From: Pelomyxa schiedti
Lineage: Eukaryota; Protista; Evosea
Reading direction: 5' to 3'
Assembly (NCBI GenBank): GCA_020536535.1
Contig: JAHLWZ010000389.1
Location: 1 to 59,200, forward strand
Length of the DNA: 59,200 bases
The notes beneath the pieces were generated by a model. That model was given only the letters and a program-made list of their open reading frames with translations. It did no database searches and was not told where the DNA came from. Position 1 is the stretch's first letter; each line of letters begins with the position of its first letter. The position numbers were made by a program, and so were the translations under genes. Shown here one piece after another: positions 51,704-59,200 of this stretch.

Positions 51704-54253
51704 ATGACAGCACAACCAACACAAAACCTCATGGAAAGCTACATAAACACTAGTAGAATCTGGACTGAACCCACAATTTCGGCCACAGCAGGACTGAACA
51801 CCACCGTAACTTTTGACGACATAGTCGATGTAGCAATATCCAAAATGGGTACCGATATTTGTCTTTTTACTTCCTAGAGTGTGGCGCACTAACTAAACCG
51901 TATTGTTTCATTTCATTTTGGCTCTTCAGATAATCTGCCGGCTGAAGACCTCACAGCCGCAATGGTGACTCACGAGATGCCCCTTTCTGTAGTAAATAAG
52001 GCCCTGGTGGAACACCGTAGTCTGTGCACTCCATATAAACCTCCGGAAATCGTACCAACAACAATCCTCACGAATGTTCTGGAGGGAACAGCGGTCCCAG
52101 ATGTCCAATTCACTGAGCGCCAAAAACCAATGGACCTCCCTGCTTTCGATGCCCTTGCTCAGAAGCTTGAAGTCCCAGAGGTGTGATAGTGGTCTCTCTA
52201 TTCAATTAATTTCTCACTCTTGGAATCTAATTCCTATTACCTAAGTTTGCGAGAACTGATGCAACTATTGCTCCTATGGTGAGTGAACTCAAGTTCCATG
52301 TCACAGAGGCAAAGGGAGCCTTGCAGTCAACCAAGTTCGTACGGGAAGATGAACAAGATGGAAAGATTATCGGGCTCTTCACTGAGGTCTCAGATGTAGT
52401 GATGCCGGTAGTCGCCCAGCCCGTTCCCACTTTCATCTTATGATCAAACATAGGTGGCCAAAGTTCCATTACTTGAAGATACTCTTCGACAAGTCCAACT
52501 GGAGATAGTGGACCCAATTGTAATTAAGGTCCAACAAGCCAAAGAAGCTTGCGCTAGGGCTGAAGAGAACATGCTAGAATACCCGGAGGAGGTAATTTTC
52601 TCACCCACTAGAGTACAACCTCTAATCAACAACCAGTGGGAGGAAAATGATAAGAAGTGCCTTCAAACTCTCCACGAAAAAGCCAGAGACCGAGCAAAAA
52701 TTGAGGCCACTCATAAAAATGCAGCTGATAACGGTTTCTTCGAGTATGGCACCGTGTGGTTACTTTTTTTTTAACATTCCCTATAGCACCCGATCGTGCT
52801 CTACGGAAGAGAGACTCCAAGAGGTATCCACGCAGGTTCAGATTTTCGAGATTGAACAACAAAGAAACGACGAAGACATCAGGTAGGACCAAACTACTAG
52901 TTCTGTACAATTCATAAGAAATAGAGCTGTTGATCTTGCCTCCTCAGCCCTTGAATTGGAAGTCCAGAGGAAAGTAGAAGAGCAGGCTGAGAAAAGGTTG
53001 CAATTAATGAGAGAGAGGGAGAAGCTCGAAAGAGAGGCCAGATTTATGGAAATTATGATGGCTGTAATAGCAGTATGTTCCATTCCTGGTCTCAACCTAC
53101 CTCACCCAAACATCAGGTCATGCACCGAATTCGAATCGACAAGATACACAATAACACCCAAGAAATAGAAGCTATTGACCAAGAAATCACACCGGAAACC
53201 GGCACTGTCTTCATTGAGAAGAACAAGAGACTTGCAGCTGCAGCAGTTCGGAAGGCCCAGCTATCGACTTTGGTATCTTCCATCCCTCTATCGATTGCTT
53301 TCTAATTCTCCAATAGAATGCCGACTGTGCAATTAGGACCAAGGCGTGGAAGTCACTAGAGAGAGCTCTATATCTCCTTGATAACTGCAAAGCGGTATGG
53401 GTGTTCCTTGTATTCCTGGGTCTGAGTCTCAACAGGTTATGACTCAAAGAAGGGAGGAGTACTTCATTTCCCACCAGACTGAGTTAAATTGCATCCGCGA
53501 AGAAATTATGACACTTCTGACAGACCTTAGTAAGTACCGGGACAAATCCCCATTTATTGACTTAATGAGTCTCACTAAACCTCGAACTTTAGCACAAAGA
53601 CAAGCAGACTTCAAACTCCAGGTTTACTCCCGACTTGTTTTCATCATTTTCATCTAATCCTGAATACAGTTGACATCACAAACTAAATTACTGAAAGACG
53701 AAGAGGAGAGACACAAGGCACTTATCAAAGCCAAGCTAAAAAAATCCCCACAGGATATTGAGACATTGGATAGACTCAAGGGCGCAGTTGTAAGTGGCAG
53801 TTATTTTTACCAAACTCACTCAACATTGTTTCCAATTAGAAACAACTCACCGAGTCTCATGACGACCTTGACCTGCAAATCAGGGAGCTTCAGGATGCAC
53901 ATGCAAGGTGCATGTGGGATGCCTACAAAGGGGAACAGAAGGAATTCTGCACCGAGCCTTGCCCAGACCCCAGACCCATTCACATGCTAGAAGTGCACAC
54001 CAGATCCGGGCCAGTGATATGGCATAATGCAAAGGATGGTTCGCTCCGGATTCCCCCCCTTTGCATTCTTACTTACTACTACTATTAATATTGTAATAAC
54101 TACTACTTTTAATTCATTCCCGCACTAACAACATTGCAATTGCACAGTGATGGACGTCAAGGCAGCGGAGCACACCCTTGCAGCCATGAAGAAGAAGTAT
54201 TCAGAGGAGCAGGCAGTGCTTCTTGAGCAGCAAAAAATGATCACTTCTCTTGG
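51704..54253 (+). CDS. Multi-exon coiled-coil hypothetical protein, truncated by the gap
   Basis: Series of E/K/Q-rich open exons with GT-AG boundaries, e.g. LEVQRKVEEQAEKRLQLMREREKLEREAR. Start codon uncertain. Confidence 0.5.
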
Positions 54254-54353
54254 NNNNNNNNNNNNNNNNNNNNNNNNNNNNNNNNNNNNNNNNNNNNNNN
54301 NNNNNNNNNNNNNNNNNNNNNNNNNNNNNNNNNNNNNNNNNNNNNNNNNNNNN
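54254..54353. other. Assembly gap (100 N)
   Basis: Run of N. Confidence 0.99.
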
Positions 54354-54383
54354 GTCGCGCAGTGAGCCGTAACAGACAGGATT

Positions 54384-55826
54384 ATGGGAATCTGCACCAA
54401 ATGCGGGGTGAACAAGACCAACCTCCAATGTGCATCACATGGCAAGTCTGTATGTGAGGCATGTTTGATCCCTGGGCAACAACAGCAGCAAACTGGTACC
54501 AGTACCACGGTATCACCCGTTGATCATTTCACGGTATGCATCATTGACTTGTCTCTCTCTTACCTTGGGTTTTTTTTTTTTTTTTTTTTTTTTTTGGCTT
54601 TTCTAATATTTCACTTGTGCGTGTAGTGCAAAGTAGTACCATTCAAAGAGTGGCTTGCTAACCCTGAGGCACTGCGTTCAGCTGGAGTGGGGTTGAAGTG
54701 CACAGTATGCGATCAGGTTCTGGGTGACCCACTTCTCACAATACGGTTATCCTGCCTAGGTACAGACACTCTTTAATGATTCCGCATTCTTTTGTCTAAC
54801 CTGACTAGATGTTTTTCATATCGAGTGTATTGAACGATTTTGCTCTTCTCTCCCGCTTACAACTGCCAGAGCTGGGTTTGCCTGCCCAACATGCAATGTA
54901 TGTGCATTCCGTTTGCTTTACCACTTCAGCAGAATAATAACAACCGCACTAGAAACCGCTACTTCCAAAGTGCGACAACCCTGGGCCCCTTTTATCTAAT
55001 GTACTTAAAGTACTGTCACCAAAAATTAACTCGTTAACCCTTGCACCTACCCCAACTCCCGTTCAACAAACTTCACCCGAAGCAAGTAATTTCGCTCCGC
55101 CTCAAATCATCACACCAATCCAGCCAGCTTTCACATTCTCCCCTTCACCTTCATTATACCATCACCCGATTGTGCCCCTCCAACTCCCAACACCACCAAC
55201 AACCACCCCGGCTTTTCCTCTCACTCATATCGGCATCAACCCCAGTACTACACTCCCCAGCTTTGTTGGTAAGTCAATCCCGCAGTTATATTAAAGATTC
55301 TAACAAAACACTAGCACCAATCCGGCCGGCCTTCACTTCAAATGAACAAGGCTCAACAATTGTACAATTACAAGACGATGGCAATTCCACTTCCTTCTCC
55401 ACGGCACAATCAAGGAGGCCACAACCAAGTCCTTTGCTTCTTCTAGATGCCGGTACCACGCCCTACTTAGCTTCAAATTAATAATACACTCCTATTCCCA
55501 TTTAAATGTTAAATACATTAGTAAGTTCTACGCATAACTTACGACCACATAAGATGAGGACAAGTACCACAAAAGGACTTGCAGCCAACTTCTTCAGTGC
55601 CTTGGCTTAAAGTGTGTTACAAACATTGTCATGAACTTACTTACACATACACAGGTCCACCCCTGGACACAGGAATAAGGGCTGTTGCTGTTGCTGCTGC
55701 TGTGGTGGAATGAAGTGGTTGGTGGTGCTGTTGACACTCATGGTTGTTGTGGTGGTTGTGGTTGTGGTTGTTAGAACCATCAATGAGAATGAGGCTTATC
55801 CAGTTGAGACAGTAAACAGAAACTAA
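54384..55826 (+). CDS. ZFPL1: ZFPL1-like Golgi zinc-finger protein with a C-terminal TM
   Basis: MGICTKC...TNLQCASHGKSVCEACL. RING-like CTVC...RLSCLDVFHIECI...TARAGFACPTC. DEDKYHKR precedes the TM anchor. Confidence 0.8.
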
Positions 55827-55893
55827 GCAATACAAATACAATCGCATGGCGTAGAGATAGTAACACTAAAATATTTGCGTTTTTTTGTTTTGA

Positions 55894-57722
55894 TTAGGAG
55901 CGTTTGGGTGTGAGAGTGCATTTGTTGTTTTTCATGCAGTAGCAACATGCCCATGTGGCAACGTGGTTTGTGATGTATGGTGTAACCTTGTGGGTCTTGT
56001 GGCAGTGCTCAGCACACGGTTTGCAAATCCCTATAGGGAAAATTAGTGAGAAAACTCCCCCGGAACGTATCATACAATTGAGTTTGCAGTCGGCGCAAGT
56101 GTAGTAGTCCATAGTGAAATTTTTCCCCTTTTGAAAGATTGCCGCAAAACATTGCTGAGGTTGGTCACTGATAATTTTGAGTAAGGAGAATGCAGTAGGA
56201 TGTGAGAATACCTTTTGAGTTGTATTGGTCCGGTGAGCATTATTTCTGTTCCCGGGATGATGCGGTACCGATGAACAGCCTTTGTTGGTTCCATTGCTTC
56301 TTCAGTTGTTGAAGTTGGTGTGGAAGTGGCCGAAGCCGTTAGCAATGGCGGTGCTGCTGATGAGTCAAGGGATCTCATAATGCAATTAATTGCAGTGGAA
56401 GAAGAATTCGTTTACCGTTTAATGACAAAAATACAGGTGTCAGGGAAAGTTACAACTGGGTTTCCTTTTTTATCAAGCAAATCGGTTAATATCCGTTTCA
56501 TGTCATGCATACAGTCTGTGGGCCTTTTTTTTATTTAAAGTTAAGTACACATCAGATCCATACCGCAATGTAACTTTTGGGAAAGAGATCTTGTGTGAAG
56601 GGATTGAAAGGCAAACAGAAACCGGAACAAAACTGGGATCAGGGGCGAATTCACTCATGTATCTAGAAGGGAATTGAGGTTCCTCAAAAAGGATTACAGT
56701 CGCTTACTGATTATATCCCTCTAACAGAAGCTGGACTGCATTATCAAATTCTGCTTGAATTTTAGATATTTGTTCTTCACATTGTTGTGTGACTCCTTTG
56801 ACTGCCAGTTCTTGCTGTGCTCTGGTCGCCTCCCGGGATCCTATTGTTGGATTAAAATAAAGTTGAAAATAGAAAAGTGACCTTGGAGAGAAGGGTTGTT
56901 GAGTAGTCCTTCGTATAGACTATGCACAGATGCTAGTTTCTTTGCAAATTCTGCCTTCAAGGCTTCTTGTTTTTCGTTTTTTTTCTTTAGAAGATCCTAT
57001 CTATTGTTATTTGTGGGTCATCCTTCAATGTGTTACTTGATAATATTCTTGATAGGCCGCCAGGCATCTTTTAACATGCGTGTGGCAGATCTCTTCAATG
57101 GGTGATAGTGCCTTGGTCGCGGAGGGTGTTGAAGTGGTAGAAGAGGTTGTAGATGTTGTAACGGAGGGGGGTGGAATGCCACCACTCTCAGCTTTTGAAA
57201 TGAGGCTTTCAAAATATTCTTTACTTGCTTTGTCTTTTTCAAGACTGACGATGGCTAAAAAAGCCAAGTTCAACAGGTAAACAGTGTAAGTACATGAGCA
57301 TTCAAAATGTGGACACACAAATGAGTCTGTCGAGGTGGTGGTTCTTTATAATTGATGCCGGTTCAGTGGCCTTGTTGCAGCACGGGCAATTATGTTTGCG
57401 ATTCAAGCATTCTTAATACAGAGTGAGGAATAGCGATACACAGGTTCCAAAATGTAACCAACCTTTAATGCACGTGGCACAAAAGTCGTGACCACAAGGA
57501 GTGGTGTACACGTCCTTCATCAAACTAAAGCAAATAGGGCACACAAACTCCTCATACAATGGCCTCACCTTGAAACAAAACTTGTAAAAAAAAAAACCTC
57601 CCAACAAAACACAAACAACGCACTCCATGCAAACACGTGTTCGTTTATATAATAACACGTTATAATAGTACCGGCACTTTGAGGGCCAGGTCCGGGTCCT
57701 CGCCCGCGTCCATGAACGACAT
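55894..57722 (-). CDS. RING-HC (COP1-like), coiled coil and C-terminal UBR-like zinc-finger protein
   Basis: CPICFSLMKDVYTTPCGHDFCATCI|..CLNRKHNCPCC. Coiled-coil exons. C-terminal YTCADC...ICKPCAEHCHKTH...CCYC. Confidence 0.78.
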
Positions 57723-58038
57723 CCCAGATCTCCTCTCTCTTGAGGGTATTTATTTATTATTTATACGCTGTAGTCAGTGTCACACAACGCAGGACGCCAA
57801 ACACAACGCCGGCACTCTAATTTAACTGAACGAGATCTCGAACAGACGAAAGAAAAAAAAGAGTACTGAGGCTGTGTCTTGGGCAAAGGTCAATTGTGGA
57901 CACGGGTGGGTCACACAATCGGTTTTACGGCTTGGACTGAGGGTTTGGTGTTGCAGTAACACTAAACGAGGTTACGGCGTGGTGGTTCGTGCGCCGTCCT
58001 AGCTGGGTCTGCGTGGTGATTGCCCCGCAGAAGATCCT

Positions 58039-58138
58039 NNNNNNNNNNNNNNNNNNNNNNNNNNNNNNNNNNNNNNNNNNNNNNNNNNNNNNNNNNNNNN
58101 NNNNNNNNNNNNNNNNNNNNNNNNNNNNNNNNNNNNNN
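58039..58138. other. Assembly gap (100 N) at the left edge of the duplicated segment
   Basis: Run of N. Confidence 0.99.
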
Positions 58139-58160
58139 ACAACAAAACAAAAATAGCAAC

Positions 58161-58415
58161 CTGGGACAGAATGTGGGCGTCCATCTTGGACCGCAGCTCG
58201 AATCCCGGCCCATAAGCCAGGCACGCCAGTTTCCCCCTCGCCTCGTCACCGGGCCGCGCCGCCGGGCTCATCGGCGCGCTCGGCGCCGAGGGCGACGCCC
58301 CCGCCGACGCCGTGGCGCGGTACGCCGCGGGGCCCAGCCGTATCACGTCCTTGGCCGCAGCCTGCTGCTCCCCAACTCCCCCTAGCGCCGGTCCCCCCTG
58401 TTGCATCATCATCAT
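58161..58415 (-). CDS. Exon 1 of the hypothetical gene head-to-head with PIG-F (copy 2)
   Basis: MMMMQQGGPALGG...RSKMDAHILSQ, essentially identical to 23720-23971. Confidence 0.45.
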
Positions 58416-58483
58416 CGTCGTGTCTGTTGTTTGTTGTGGATCCTTGGTTTCTTCGAACAGCAAATTTCCCTCTCTTCTGCGGA

Positions 58484-59200
58484 ATGTCATCGCGTGGCCG
58501 AGCCACCAAGGGGCCACAGCACGCCCACAAGGGCAAGGGAGGGCCCGCCGCTGTGCAGCCGACGACCGCCACCACCAGCAGCAGCAGCGCAGGGCCGACG
58601 TCGGCGCAGCTGGACTCACCACCACCCAGCAGCGCACCGGCGGCCACAGACACCGCCGTCGTGGCATCATCACCATCATCACCGGCGGCGGCGAGCGCGG
58701 GACCGGTGGCGATGAGGCGCAAGGGGTTCGGGGCGATGTGCAACGCGGGGATGGTGGTGTGGGTGGGGTGCCTGCTGGCCGGTTTGCTCGTGGCCCCCGC
58801 GGCGATCGCAAACCCGAATAACGGCGGGAGGGGGGGCGCCGGGCTGGGCGGGCTGGGCGGGATTGTGGGACGCGGGGGGGCAGGGGCAGGGGCAGGGGAG
58901 ATAGGGACGGGGATAGTGGGGATGGGCGGGTTTGTGTGGGGGACACTTGTGGGTGTGTTGCTGTGGGCATGGGCAATAGCAAGGATTTGCTTATCTTTGA
59001 AAATCTCCTTCTCTAGGGTATGGCAAGGGGCTTGGCATTGCTTGTTTGTGTGTGTGTGTTGGTTAGTTTTTTGTTGGTTGTTGAGCATATTATTTCTTAA
59101 TGGTGAAAGTAAGGCTTTATTTTTACGTGGGTGATGTTTTTGGTTGTAGTTTAGGTTTAGGTTTACCTTATTTTGAAAGGTTGTACTCAGTGGAATTGTT
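58484..59200 (+). CDS. PIGF: PIG-F copy 2, 5' part (continues beyond the window)
   Basis: MSSRGRATKGPQHAHKGKGG...RICLSLKISFSR and the start of exon 2 match copy 1, with in-frame indels. Confidence 0.7.

Larger units (their letters stand above)
58139..59200 (+). repeat. Segmental duplicate or allelic copy, unit 2 (runs off the window)
   Basis: Matches 23697-24720. Confidence 0.92.

Overview
Gene-dense, intron-rich eukaryotic genomic DNA in the standard genetic code, with short GT-AG introns (mostly ~40-130 nt) and four 100-N scaffold gaps. It holds about 30 genes or gene fragments. The lineage is probably a flagellated amoebozoan, with an archamoeba such as Pelomyxa my best guess (inference). 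Support: the EF-1alpha lacks the opisthokont insertion, there is a Dictyostelium GxcDD-like RhoGEF/ArfGAP, and there is a ciliary ARL13B. Recognisable genes: GxcDD-like, CCHC zinc-knuckle protein, RasGEF, two EF-1alpha, a TRIM-like RING/B-box protein, SGT, PIG-F (two copies), STE-family kinase, STT3, NIFK/Nop15, an EF-hand protein, ARL13B, ZFPL1 and a COP1-like RING protein. Most notable observations: (1) an in-frame GAPDH-PGK fusion joining two consecutive glycolytic enzymes; (2) both EF-1alpha paralogs carry an ~81-82 aa TPAAKPAA-repeat, histone-H1/AlgP-like C-terminal tail; (3) a dispersed, intronless, fast-evolving family with a QFVAL motif, with six members here, two of them disrupted; (4) an STT3 resembling the kinetoplastid single-subunit type; (5) CpG-rich 5' ends against CpG-poor gene bodies. 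Exon boundaries were read by eye and no database searches were run.
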